Shown: piece by piece, positions 49,300 through 62,203 of the stretch
Layout: each line of letters begins with the position of its first letter
Position numbering within the stretch: the stretch's first letter is position 1
Source of the DNA: Rhizophagus irregularis
Lineage: Eukaryota
Direction of reading: 5' to 3'
Assembly: GCF_026210795.1 (NCBI RefSeq)
Contig: NC_089436.1
Coordinates: 930,001-994,000 of the forward strand
Length of the DNA: 64,000 bases
Notes under the pieces: generated by a model
What the model saw: only the letters and a program-made list of their open reading frames with translations
What the model was told of the DNA's origin: nothing
The model's database searches: none
Program-made: the position numbers and the translations under genes

Positions 49300-49725
49300 C
49301 CCTCTCAACCAAAAAAATCAAGAAAAAAGAAACATTAGTACGTTTCTTTAATATCAAAAAAAATATTCTCCCCCTCTATTCCTTACATTCTAAGTCCGGG
49401 TTTGTCTAAATAATCCGGCAACCTAAAGAAAAAAAGAATTGAAGAAATATTAGTACGTTTCTTCAATATATTAAAAATTTCCCTTTCCGGCTCCCGTTTT
49501 ACGCACTCACATTCCGATTTCCAAGTCCGGGTTCGTCTAAATAGTCTGGCAACCTAAAGAAAAAAAGAATTTGTCAATGTATTAAAAAAATAAAACTTTC
49601 CCTCCCGCTTCCCGCTAACCTACATTTCATTTTTCAAGTCCGGGTTCGTCTAAGAGCTCGTCCTAAAGAAAAAAAATGGAAAGGAACGTTAGTAAAATAA
49701 TAAATAAGAACTTACCTTTTGCCAA
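49300..49725 (-). repeat. Tandem micro-exon/intron-like repeats (3-4 units)
   Basis: AAGTCCGGGTT.GTCTAA..CCTAAAGAAAAAAA recurs at ~49391, ~49523 and ~49636. On the minus strand: TACTAAT..TTCTTTAG|exon|GT. Confidence 0.6.
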
Positions 49726-50133
49726 TTCGCGTTTTTTAAATAAAAAGTATAAAAAAAATGGCTTTAAAAAACAATCTTTTAACCGTTTTTTTTTTAAAAA
49801 GAAATTTATCAACGATCAGTCATATGACCGATATCGAACTGATCAGAATCTGCAAATCGCAGATTACCGGAAAAAAAATTCTGCAATGTCGGCCTTCTTT
49901 AATTGCTTTAATTGCTAACATTTCAACAGAAGGTGATAGTATGTTTGTTTGACAAGTGTTTTATGAAAATGTTGACGCGTATTTAAATAATTAACGCGTA
50001 TTTTATGGCGAATTTAGCGCGAAATTTTGTTCTTCTCAGTTAAAAAATGAATGAACTATTATTACAATATGTAGTCTTTATAATTAATAGATAAAGAATA
50101 GAAAGGAAAAAATGGGTTTGGTCTTTATATTAC

Positions 50134-50610
50134 TACGCAATCAAAAGCCTGGAAGACCTCCTCTGTATCACCGAAGGGAAACCACGAAATATTAAGATTG
50201 GATATGCGCAAGTGAGCCCACTATCCACATTTTCGCTTTCTAACAAATTAGAGACATTAATGATGGTTTATTTCTTAGAATCTGGCGCAACTTGAAAGTG
50301 CGTTCCAAACAAATAAGAAAAAACGAACTGCGGATCGAACGACTATTTCGACTATATCTATGGTATTGTGACCACAGGTGTGGAGTGGCATTTTATCATA
50401 TAAACTCCTGATAGTATATACTCTACGAGCGGAAGCGAATGCCAAATTAATCTCACGAAATCTGCCGTTAAAGAAAATTCCGAATTACTTAGAAACAATG
50501 TGAAAAGGGTAATTGGTATAATTGTTGGGTTGTTGAAGGATCGTGTTAGTGTAGATAGTTCTCCGGCTAGCAAGAGGGCTAGAATCAAAAAATTATCAAA
50601 AAATAATAGG
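50134..50610 (+). pseudogene. 5'-truncated PD-(D/E)XK nuclease-like gene remnant
   Basis: YAIKSLEDLLCITEGKPRNIKIGYAQ|intron 50212-50278|NLAQLESAFQTNKKKR, frameshift, DYIYGIVTTGVEWHFII*..VKRVIGIIVGLLKD. The ExK..G.AQ..Q..YGIVTT..W.F pattern is typical of this fold. Confidence 0.7.
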
Positions 50611-50751
50611 CGCTGTCCCAAACTATGTATTTATTTTTTCGCTTGTAATAAAAAATTTTTCTTGGCAATTTCGGCGAACTCGGTTCGCCAAAAATCACGT
50701 GTTTTATTTTATTTGAATGTTTGCATATAGTGTGTGAAGGGTCTTTTCGAA

Positions 50752-51920
50752 ATGGAATCTGAGATTGACTTACTTAGACAGGAGAACGCCAGACTTGTGG
50801 CCAAGATCACTGGGCTTGAGTCCGAGAAGGCTGAGCTTTTAAAGCAGGTTGCGGAAGAGAAAGCCAAGCATGAAGCTGAGAATACTGAGCTCAGGAGTAG
50901 AATCGAGGAGTTAGAGAAGGGTAGGACAGATACTACTGATGCAATTGCCGAGCTTAAGGCCGAAGTAGTGAAATTAAGGGACGACAATGAAAGAAGTGAC
51001 GGGGAAATGGTTTCAGGAAATGAGCAGAAAACTATAGATGGGTTAGAGACTCAAAGTTCTGCTTCCCTGAATACTATTTATTATTCTGGCTTCGAATGTA
51101 TAGAATGTGGGTGTGAGTGATCATAAATCATCGGAGGAAAAAGAGACAGACGCTTTCTTGAACAAAGTGGATAAGGATAGGATTAGTGAAAGATTAGGCA
51201 AAGGAATAGGGAGAAAAAACTTCTGCGAAAAAACGAATAGGGCTTAATTCAAGAAATTAATTCATCCATGAAAGAAAAACATGCTCCGCACCTCTCGACT
51301 GTGACTGAAATTTCAGCGAACCAAGTTCGCCCAAATAGTGAGACTTCATTAGAGAGAAATGAAGAGTGAGCGGTCCTCCCTGATATTATTAGTCTATATG
51401 AAACTGCGTGCGATGCAGAGAAGAAAGCAATCGACCAATAGAGAAGAAACTTTGCGTTGGTGTTTCTATGCTAGAGAATTCAAGAGAATGTATAAAGATT
51501 TTATGGTCAGCAATAAAGTTGGGGAAAAGAAAGCGAAAGGTCAGGTATATGATTTTATTATCAAACAGCTTCCCGATACCAAACGCAAAACTTTATGTAG
51601 GCAAACACAGAAAGCTTTAAGAATTGACGATTTATTCGAAAAAATAGGAATGGACAAGCTTCAATACATAAAAACATATAGTGCGGATACTATTTCAAAA
51701 TTTTCTAATTCTCAGATTCTAACTATTATAGATCAACTTCATCGAAAAACCCAATACGGAATTCACTGATAATCCTGTGGATGAAAAACAAGATGACGAG
51801 GTCCCAGAGAGACCCGATCAGAATAATGTATTGGAAGTCTTGTTTCCAAAGGAATGAAGACAGACGATTCGGATGATGATGGATATAATGGATACGGTGG
51901 ATATGATGAATATGGTGGCC
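50752..51920 (+). pseudogene. Frameshifted coiled-coil protein of a repeated Glomeromycotan family
   Basis: Heptad-rich N-terminus (MESEIDLLRQENARL..), basic helical domain (WCFYAREF..KAKGQVYDFI..FEKIGMDK..YSADTISKF), acidic DDDGYNGYGGY tail. Several frame changes. Confidence 0.6.
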
Positions 51921-52223
51921 TACTGTACATAAATACTTTACTGTATATAATTATACCAATTTTAAGTATCTTTCTCATTTATCAATAAAAAATTCATTTT
52001 ATTAACCTGTATATAATAAGTAAATAATATATGTACATTTATTTTAAATTTATTAATACATATTGGAACTAGTAGACACTAAAAAACTTAATTCCAACCA
52101 TTCGGTGACACACTATATACTCTATACTCTACAGTCTACACCGAAAAAAAAAACTACTGGCTAGTTAATCGAAAAACAAAGTCAGTATTTTGAGAGTTCC
52201 TGGACCCAAACCTTAAACCTTAC

Positions 52224-53752
52224 GCAATTCTTTGTTTTGCATAAATGTTTAATCAATCTAAAAAAACTTGGCTTGTTTTTTTGTGAATGTAGTTGCCACA
52301 ATAACTATTGTGTGCGATACTTGTGTAACCGCTTTTAAATCTATCACGCTGAGGAAATTTTGTGCAATAAACTACGTTATTATTGTGTGCGATATATCAG
52401 ATATGTGTAACCGCTTTTAATCTATCACGCTGACTCTATAAAAAATGTTTGTCCGATAAATATTCGGAATGGGGTCAATTTTCCGAACACTTGCACGCTA
52501 TTATACAATATTTGTTACAATTTAATACGAGATGCGGAGATTGAGAATTTTTAACCACATAAAAAACGTACAATATCATGAATAAATGTCAAGTAAATGT
52601 TCGGAACGGGGTTGATTTTCCGAACAAAAAACTGTTATAGGGTGAGGATTGAGGAAATTTTGTATTCGCAATTCTTTGTTTTGCATAAATGTTTACATTA
52701 TATTAATAAACCTAAAAAAACTTGGCTTTCTAACAAGTTTTTTGTGAATGTAGTTGTCACAATAACTACTGTGTTCGATATATGTGTAACCGCTTTTAAT
52801 CTATCACGCTAAGGAAAATTTTTTATTCGCAATTCTTTGTTTTGCAATAACTACTACGTTATTATTGTGTGCGATATATCGGATATGTGTAACCGCTTTT
52901 AATCTATCATGCTGACTCTATAAAAAATGTTTGTCCAATAAATATTCGGAATGGGTTCAATTTTCCGGACACACGCTATTATACAATATTTGTTACAATT
53001 TAATACAAGATGCGGAGATTGAGAATTTTTAACCACATAAAAAACGTACAATATCATGATAAATGTCCAATAAATGTCAAGTAAATGTTTGGAATGGGTC
53101 AATTTTCTGAACAAAAAACTGAACAATGTTTGGACAATATTTTTTATAAGGTGAGGAAAATTTTGTATTCACAATTATTAGTTTTGCATAAATGTTTACA
53201 GTATATTAATAAACCTAAAAAAACTTGGCTTTCTAACAAGTTTTTTTGTGAATGTAGTTGCCACAATAACTATTGTGTGCGATATATGTGTAATTGCTTT
53301 TAAATCTATCACGCCGAGGAAAATTTTTTATTCGCAATTCTCTGTTTTGCAATAACTACGTTATTATTGTGTGCGATATATCTTAATCTATCACGCTTAA
53401 GAAAATTTTATATTTGTTTTGCATAAATGTTTCCATTACATTAATAAACCTAAAAAAACTTGGCTTTCTAACAAGTTTTTTTGTGAATGTAGTTGCCACA
53501 ATTAAAGATATTAGCTGTAATTCAAAAAAGTGTTGTAATACAAAATTTTTATATGCCGTAATTAATTAAGGCTATAAAAATCTTATAGCCGTAATTCAAA
53601 ATTTTTTAAAAAATAATTAAGACTAACATCTTTAGCCACAATAACTATTGTGTGCGATATATGTGTAACCGCTTTTAAATCTACCACGCTGAGGAAAGTT
53701 TTGTATTTGTTTTGCAATAATTACGTTATTATTGTGTTAGATATATCAGATA
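52224..53752. repeat. Degenerate tandem repeat (~480-bp period with subrepeats); resumes at 57141-57300
   Basis: 52224-52660 matches 52668-53160. GTAACCGCTTTTAA(A)TCTATCACGC and GCCACAATAACTATTGTGTG recur repeatedly. Confidence 0.85.
53503..53634. mobile_element. 132-bp hAT-type MITE
   Basis: TIR TAAAGAT(A/G)TTAG, 8-bp TSD GCCACAAT (53495-53502, 53635-53642). The empty site is present in sister repeat units. Confidence 0.85.
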
Positions 53753-53969
53753 AGTATTACTTATCTTCTGGCTAATTAGGAATAAGTAAAATTTTACTAT
53801 TCCAATTAGCCAGGAAATAATTGATTTATTCCCTGCCATTTATATAGTTTAGACTATTTTAGACTATTTTAGACTATTTTAATCTATTGTGTAATATCAA
53901 TAAATATAAATACCCTATTTGTAATCATTTTTTACATTTTTTTCCTCTCCTTTTTAATTTCAAAATAAA

Positions 53970-56900
53970 ATGTCTAGTTTCAAAAAAGCCTCCGAATTAT
54001 TAAATTCAAGTAATGATACTGTCACTATAAATGAATTAAAAGGAAGATTAACTCATTTAGAAAATAATCAACTTTCTGAAATACACAAATCATTATCAAA
54101 ATCGTCTAATAAAGAAACATTTGATCGTCCTTGTATAGAAACTTTACAAAAGTATGTCTCTTCCACAAAACCAAAAAATACCAATAAAAATACACGTTTA
54201 TAGGTTTCTAGATTTGAAAGCTTTGTAAATGACACTTAACCAAACATAGATTTAATAACCCTTTATGACAAAAAGGCCATTATTGCAATGTTGTTATGTG
54301 AATTTATTATAGTTATTCAAACAAAAGATAAAAAGAAATACAAAGCAAACTCACTGTATAATGGTATATGTGCTATAAATCCGTTTTATCAGGAAATGTT
54401 TAAAGATAGAGAACCATTCAATATACATGAGGATTTTAAATTTAGAATAGTGCGTGATACATTACATACAAGAATGATAGAGTTGGAAGAAATCAATAAT
54501 AGTGAATATAATGGAGCTGATCCTCTTACTGATGAAGAAATGGTAAAAATCTTTAAACAATTTGATATATCAAGTAATTCACCAGATGGATTATTAAGAA
54601 GAGTCTTTTTATGGGTAGGATGTTGTACAGCATGTAGAGGAGGATCATATCATAGTATTATGGCTAGCCATTTTAAAAAACGTGATGATAGAGAAGGGAA
54701 GATATTATCACTAAACAAATTCTAATCAACAACCTGTTCATATTATTCTACCAGATGAACCAGGAACATATGGAGCATGTCATGACATTAGAAAATACTT
54801 GAGTTTACGGCCTAATAATAATGCAGAAGAAACTTTTTTCTTCGTATTAATAAAGATATTGAAGGTATAATTTTATATGATTTCTTTCTCTACAATATTT
54901 TTAACACAAACTAATAAATTTAAATATATTATTTAGAAAATTGGTATTTTACTTTTCATTTAGGTCGAGATAAATTATCTGGAATGTATTTGTAATATTA
55001 CGGGTATTGACTGCATAAACAGAAGAATTGTAAATCATTCATTACGAAAACGTACTGCACAAAAGTTAAATGACGAAGGATTGGATTCACAAGCTATAAT
55101 GAATGTAACATTGCACCGGTCCATTGCAGAATTAAATGCGTTAGTATATATTATAATATAATATTTAATTTTTTTATTTTGTCATTAAAATTCATTTATT
55201 TTATAGATATCAAACACAAAATGAAAAGCAAAAATTGGACATCGCAAAGTTAACACTTCCAGGCATTTCAAAGGTATCTAATTAATTCTTTATTATAAAT
55301 TATCATTATAATTATTGATTTTTTTACACTTTAATTATAAAAGGATATTTCAATGCAAGAAAATTTGGAAAAATCTGCCAAAAATCTAAATACGGAACAA
55401 AGAATTGAAAATTTATCATCTCAGAAAGAGACTAAAACAGAACCATTCACTGAAATTCAAAATATCACAATTTTTTTATTTAAAGTAAGGATGACGCCGC
55501 AAATAGGCAATTGCGGAATAATTGCGATTTGCGGTATTGCGGAACATTGTGGATTTTGAAGTCTAAATATCTGCAAATCCGCAATTCACAATTGTTCGCA
55601 ATTCCGCAAATATTTTGCAATTCTGCAAATGATCTAAAGTACCGCAATTCAATTGCAGTACAATTGCGGTACTTTACGAAATTGCGGAACATTTGCGGAT
55701 TTGCGGATTTGCCAATTATAGTCCGCCAGTCTGACACAGATTATCAGATGAATTGCGTAGTACAAATCATCTGATGATCTCTTTTTCTTTTTTATTGAAG
55801 TTTCCGGACAAAAATTATGACTGAACTTTTTAAAATGGAGTCATGTAGATAAGAAAAAACCGGACAGCAAGTTGTTTTTTTTAATAAATTTTTTTTTTTT
55901 TGATTTTGTAGAGTTGCCGGACGAAAAGTATGGCTGGACTTTTGAAATTGAGGTAAGAGAAAAACTGGGAAGGATTTTTGTTATTTTTTTTTTAATTTAT
56001 TTTTTTTTTCATTTTTGTAGTGTTGCCGGATGAAAAGCTCAAGATAAGGGAAGACCGGGAAGGGTTTTCATTATTTTTTTAATAACTAATTTATTTTTTT
56101 TTGTTTTTGTTGAGTTGCCAGGAAGAAAAGCATGACCGGACTTTTGAAATTAAGGTAAGGAAGGACCAGGAAGGGTTTTTGTTGCTTTTTTTTTTAATAT
56201 TTTTAAACTAATTTATTTTTTTTTCATTTTTGTAGAGTTGCCAAACGAAAAGCACGACCAAACTTCTGGAATTGAGGTAAGGGAGGACCGGGAAGGGATT
56301 TTGTTACTTTTTTTTAATAATTTTCACTAATTTATTTTTTTTTTCGTTTTTGTAGAGTTGCCAGATGAAAAGTATGACCAGAATTCTGGATTGAGGTAAG
56401 GGAGGACCGGAAAATTTTCGTTATTTTTTTTTGATAAATTTAATTAATTTATTTTTTTTTCTTTTCGTAGGGTTTTAATAATTAAAGACACGACCAGAAT
56501 TTTGAAATTGAGGTAAGGGAGAGCTGAAGGAAAAGATGTTTGTTGCTAATTTTCTTTAAAAAGAAACGTCACTAACATTTCTTTTCTTTTTATAGGGTTG
56601 CTGGATGAAAATATATATAGCAGGGAGACTTATTTTAAAAATGGACAAAATTGTCCAGAATTTTTTCTAAGAAACGGCACAGTTATGCAATTTAGAAAAA
56701 TATCGGTCTATGCTTAAGACGAATGATAAACAAACAAACAAATAAATAAATAAATTTATTATATTGATTTAAAAAACATTTTTATTTATTTATCGTTATA
56801 AACGTTTAAAAAATAATTTATTATTTAAAAACATTAGCCAATCAGAATTGTGAAATTGCAGATTACTAACCGCAATTTGACTCCAAAATCCGCAATATTG

Positions 56901-57020
56901 CGGATTTGAAAAATCATTTGAGGGCCCATCCTTAATTTAAAGCGTAAAGATGATTTAATTGATAATTTTCGTCTTAAGTTTGTTAAATGTAGTAATTTTA
57001 CTATTAACATTACAAAATAA
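53970..57020 (+). pseudogene. Crypton-type tyrosine recombinase (DUF3504-like), intron-containing, disrupted
   Basis: KPKNTNKNT, YKANSL, GADPLT.EE..PDGLLRRVF..ACRGG, KYLSLRP, VNHSLRK (HxxR, ~55030), TLHRS. C-terminal FVKCSNFTINITK* lies after a hAT insertion. Stops and frameshifts present. Confidence 0.8.
55486..56934. mobile_element. Non-autonomous hAT element (1449 bp) carrying an exon-intron repeat array
   Basis: TIR TAAGGATG...C.CAAAT, perfect 8-bp TSD ATTTAAAG (55478-55485, 56935-56942), TTGCGG/CCGCAA subterminal repeats, ~7 internal ~110-125-bp units. Confidence 0.92.
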
Positions 57021-58276
57021 ATAATTTGTCTAGTTATCTAGAGTAAATATGTACTAGAAACGCATAAATAAATATATATAAATTGATCATCCAGTAGGTA
57101 TAAGTACAATCGGATAACTGTATAAATGGTGCTGATCAGGGATATGTTTTAATCTATCACGCCGAGGAAAATTTTGTATTTGATTTGCATAAATGTTTAC
57201 ATTATATTAATCAACCTAAAAAAACTTGGCTTTCTAACAAGTTTTTTTGCGAATATAGTTGCCACAATAACTATTGTGTGCTAATTGAATCATGCTGAGG
57301 AAAACACCGATCTATCACACTTTAGTCACTTTACGATAATGCAGAAAAATGCTATAAGAAAATTACGTTATGTAAGAATGGTAGAATAATTTTCCTTTTT
57401 ATATAATTTCAGCCAGAAATTATACCTTTAATATTATTATCATGCTATTTCATTTAAATTTTTTATTATTATAAACTAATTTAGCAATAATTACGATTTT
57501 GTATCAAATAAAGGTAAACGGAATAGCATATGCAATTTGTTACGGAATATACGTAAAGAAATAACCAGTTGTTGAACTGATTTTAAATTATTGATAAATC
57601 TAAAAAAGATAATGTAATAGTGAAATGTTCCCATGTACGCGAGGTACCAACAAAAAATGATTATCTGTTATCATATGTAAGAGATATATGCTGAAAATGC
57701 AAAAAAAGAAAGAACAGTATTGTTTAAAAATATATATATATGGTGCATAACATCTAAAGACATCAAATAAAATTAGTGATTTTAAAATGTTAACTACTTA
57801 ATAAAATTTTATGATAATTGAAAATATAAACCGATAATATTATACTTTAAGTTCTTCTCTTTCGAATTATCAGATTATTTTTTCCATAACTGTCATATTT
57901 CAGGAGCTATTAAGATTTAAAGTTGATGTATTTTCATATTAATTTATATAATTTTATATGTAAATGGGAAAAATTTGGAATTTTTAATCACGTGAAAATG
58001 ATTTTAACCAATCATATTAATTTAATTTATAATACATAAAATGATCAATATCTTTATTACCAAATTTAGTAATAATCTAACTTTATTTAGTAATGATCTA
58101 ACTATATTTAGTAATGATCGGCATAAAAATAAATTTCGGACTATTGATGCCTTTAGGTGTTATGCACCATACACACGAATTTTCCCCAAGGTCCAAACAC
58201 AGAATTTTTCATTTCAGACAAAATTCGTTGACCTCGAAAGTGAAATTATTATAAAACTCTTTGCTTAATTTAAAAC

Positions 58277-60240
58277 ATGTCTACAGGTATTTATGAAATG
58301 AAAGTTGTATAAATAAATAAATAATGATTTGAAAAATAAAGTATTGAATACTACTATACTTTTAGTCGAAAACGCGTTACTTCAGTTAGAATCTAAAAGA
58401 AATCTCTGGGATAAACACTCTTTCCTTGCGGACCTTTTTAGGGATCATAGCCAGACATTCTGTAAAATTGTTAATAAACTGGTAAAACGTTATCTAATTC
58501 TATTATATCATTTATTTATTTTTACTTGGAAAGTTGAGATTGAAAAAAAACTTTTTATTATTAGGATGATCATCTTATCTATGTTTCAGAACATCAAGTG
58601 ATCTATCAAGATTGGATAAACTGGAACAACGAATCATAAACTCAATTATCGGAGATGATTTGTTGTCTCCACAAATTGCAGTGATCAATAATTGCCAAGA
58701 TTTTGTCGACAAGTTTGTTGTAAAACTTCATAGCCATTTGAAAATAGCAGGAATTAATATTGGGAACGCTTTACCAATTACTGTTGATCTTAAAAGTATC
58801 GATGAACTGGATAAGATCATCAAGTTGTTGATTGGATTATATCCTAAGCTACATATTCTATATATTGATAGAAATGTGGGTACCATTTTAATTGCAAGAT
58901 ATTTTTTTTTTTACAAAAGTTTTAAGTTTTATTAATTTTTTTTTTTATCTTTAGAATTCAATTGTAATGTTTCTTAGTTCAGATAGAAGTATTTCCGATG
59001 ATGTTCTTGAATTTTTTGAAAAATGTTATCCTGATACAAATTCAAAGACATTGAAGGCATTGACCTGGCGGATAAAAGTTTGTATAACACATTTCAAAGA
59101 AATTGTTAATTGATTTTACATTAATTGACATTCATTTTTGTTCTTTTTTTTTTCATTTGATAGGATGATTTATATCATTCCTATGGTGGTGTTGGCCATC
59201 GACATGGATCAAGTTTAAAAGAAGTTATAGAACTTATCAAAGCCATTCCTGGCAAACCATTCTCTTTACCAGCTGTTTCTGGTGATAAATCAAGTTATAA
59301 AGTAATAGAATTAGATGGAAGGTGGATCAAAAAAAGAAAGCCTGAGGATGAACCTAAATTCAAACAAATAACTATCACTAAAATTGAAATTACCGAATAT
59401 TATAAAGAGTTGGTTTTTAAAAAGCTTCAAATGAATGCGATCATTGATGATGTTAACAACATTAAATATTCTCAAAAGAGCGATAGTTCATTACCCTTAT
59501 ATGATATAATCATTAATGAACAACTTCAACTTAAAAAAATCGAACTAGGCAAAACGTTCGAAGAATCTATTGAATGTCGTACTGGAAAAAACATCGGATT
59601 AGATTTGTTAATTTAGGAGACCGTATTTGTTATGGTTTACTTGGAAACCTTTTTTAATTGTTACCATGATGAATGGAAAGATGTTTATGAAAGAGCAAAA
59701 AAATGGATTGATGGTAAACTCGGTCTTTTCAAACAATTCGATCAATTAAAAGTTACTTGTATGGATTACTTGATCGAACTTGGTATAGAATTTAATAAAA
59801 AGCCAATGTTCATTCACACGTTTGAAATAAAAGATGATGAAATTGAACCTGTTTATAAAAGTTTAAAAGATCAAAACGATCTCAATCGCTTACTCGAATC
59901 TGTGTCAGAAAAAGATAGAATTGTTAGTGTCGCTTCTGGAAAATTTAAAATAACGTTTGATGATAAAACCATTGAAGCTCTTAAGTATTATATTGATGCT
60001 TTAGGCGCAAGACGTTTTGATAAAGAGGTTTTGGTCTCTTTTTTTGCTATCGTCTTTTTGGATACTTTTTTAAAAGATGATAATAAATCTAAATCTAAAC
60101 GGGAATCAGCAAGAAATAAGATTCATAATAAGGTGCAAAATACTGAATTAGCAGAAAGTTTAACCAGAGCCTGTGAACAATATTTAAGGAAACAGGTTTA
60201 CGACTTTTTTATGGAAAATGATTTAATGATAGTTTTTTAA
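58277..60240 (+). pseudogene. Multi-exon gene ending in helical repeats like the C-terminus of VIT/vWA (VWA5A-type) proteins; premature stop
   Basis: Predicted exons 58277-58286, 58366-58481, ~58565-58875, 58955-59077, 59164-60240. In-frame TAG at 59614-59616 where W is expected in LI*ETVFVMVYLETFF..EWK..YERAKKWI. The phase at the third exon does not close cleanly. Confidence 0.55.
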
Positions 60241-60944
60241 ATTTATATCGTATTTTATACTTTTATTTCTATACTTTTCTAAATTATTATTTAGCGAATC
60301 TTTGATATTATGTAACTGATAACATTTAAATAAATTCAAATTTATAACCTATTTTTTTAAATGCTATTTTTCTTGGTAAAATTCGTTCAGAACTAATAAC
60401 ATAAATAACAAATCCTCCGAGAATACTAATTCCATGATTACCAGAAACCTGGTTAGCAGTCACGTGTTCGACGCCCAATATTTTTGAATTCGTATCTATC
60501 TTGTGACGACATTTTTTACAAAAATCAGTCTCGAAATAGTTTGGAATAAATTAATCGAGACATTTGTGCAATGTATCTGCGAGTATACAATGATTGACTA
60601 AATCATTTCTTAAGATGTTAAAAATATTTTATTTTGTTTCGTATTTATTTTATTTTATTTTATTTTATTTGAAGTGCTAACAACCAAAAATTTGCTAATG
60701 TATTTTGGTCTTGTAGGACATTACATAATATTAATTTATTAACAATAAATTGTAGAAATTTAATTATAAAATACAGTACATTACAAATACATTATCTAAT
60801 GTTCCTCTTGTTATAATTGGATAGCCACGGATTTTTAAGCGATCAATGTACTAAATTTCCATTGACATAGCGCCCCTGGTGATACAACTATAACAAGGTG
60901 GGAACCTGATTTGGACAATGGTATCAATCAAGTCGGAGCTAATT

Positions 60945-61640
60945 CTTCCCTACAAAAACAAGTTAAAAGCCATTTTTTTAAAGGTTTCCCATGCATCCAG
61001 ATTCACCTAAAAAAGAAAGTGTTGAAATGTTAACGGACGTTTTGTTAAAATAATAAGTTGACTCAAAGAAAAACCCACTCACCAAATTCTTATGCGTCTA
61101 AAGAAATCCGAAGAAACAACCATCTAAAAAAAGGGATGAATGAAACATTAGGAAACATTTTATTAAGAGAAATGAATTAAATGATTTCTCACTGAGATCC
61201 CATGACTCTAGTGTCCGTACTATCATAATATCAAATGATCTTACAAAGGTACTATACTGTATACAGGACGCTTGTCTTTAATTCAATCAACTCAGCTTAA
61301 ATCAACCTTCATATAATCAATCCTATGATAGTACCTCATAGATCTGCCTAAAAAAAAATGAAATATTAATAACCGTTTTGTTAAAGAAACAAAGAAAAAC
61401 TTACTGAATTCATGTACAAAAAGCCAAAGAACTAACTGTCTATTAAAGAAAGAGAACAAACTGTCAGTTAATGTAAATTAGAAGTCGGAGTAAAGAAGAA
61501 AAAGTAATAATTTGCACTTACCAAAATTTCACGTCCAAAGAAACCTAAAGAACCGCCTAGCTAAAAAAATGTAAAATGTTAATAATACTCATTTAAAGAA
61601 GGATAAAATAAATAAAAAAATTGCACATACTGAAATCTTG
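60945..61640 (-). repeat. Degenerate micro-exon/intron array (about 5 introns)
   Basis: Minus-strand donors GTATGT (~61630), GTAAGT (~61521, ~61405), GTGAG (~61192, ~61082) alternate with TTAAC/CTAAT..TTTTAG acceptors. Confidence 0.5.
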
Positions 61641-62057
61641 CGTCAAAAAATTTTTTTTAAAAAGGAAGTTTTGATAGTTTGATCGAAACTTTTAAAGGTT
61701 TTGATCAAATCGAAACTTTTTATTTTTTTTTTTAAGAGTTTTATTAAAACTTTTTTAACAATTATTTTTTTTATAATTATCGTTAAGCCCTGTGAAACGA
61801 TCTGTGCAGCCAGTGTGCAGCAGTGATCGGACTCAGCGCACAAAAAGTTTTTAGAAAAATTGAAAAATACTGAAATCTGCAGTAAAATGTCCGAAATCAT
61901 TCAAGATTTAAAAATTCACGTTGTCGATCCTATTCATGGAATATATGTGATCGACAACGTGCATGCAGCGGGTCAAGATGTGGTGATGATCACGTGTAAA
62001 GTTCAACTATTAAGGTCATCAAATAAATAGTTTCTTAGTAGATTTCTTTAGTGATTT

Positions 62058-62203
62058 TTTTAATAACGGGCAGGGCGACTTCTTCTGGCTCCTCTAGAGA
62101 GGTTGGGCACTATCTTTAATCTAGGATTTATTAGACTAGTAGTTTATGTTTGTCCTTATGTATTGTTAAGCTCCAGTCGTGTCTATATCTTAAAAATAAA
62201 AAA
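62058..62203 (+). mobile_element. Short 5'-truncated non-LTR retro-insertion
   Basis: 16-bp TSD ATTTCTTTAGTGATTT (62042-62057, 62204-62219), A-rich tail 62192-62204, GC-richer body. Confidence 0.8.

Noticed and set aside
52597..53303. ORFs of 71-75 aa in the tandem repeat
   Set aside because: Frames are not conserved between repeat copies.
55480..55774. Overlapping Cys/Arg-rich ORFs
   Set aside because: Translations of TTGCGG/CCGCAA subterminal repeats of the hAT element.
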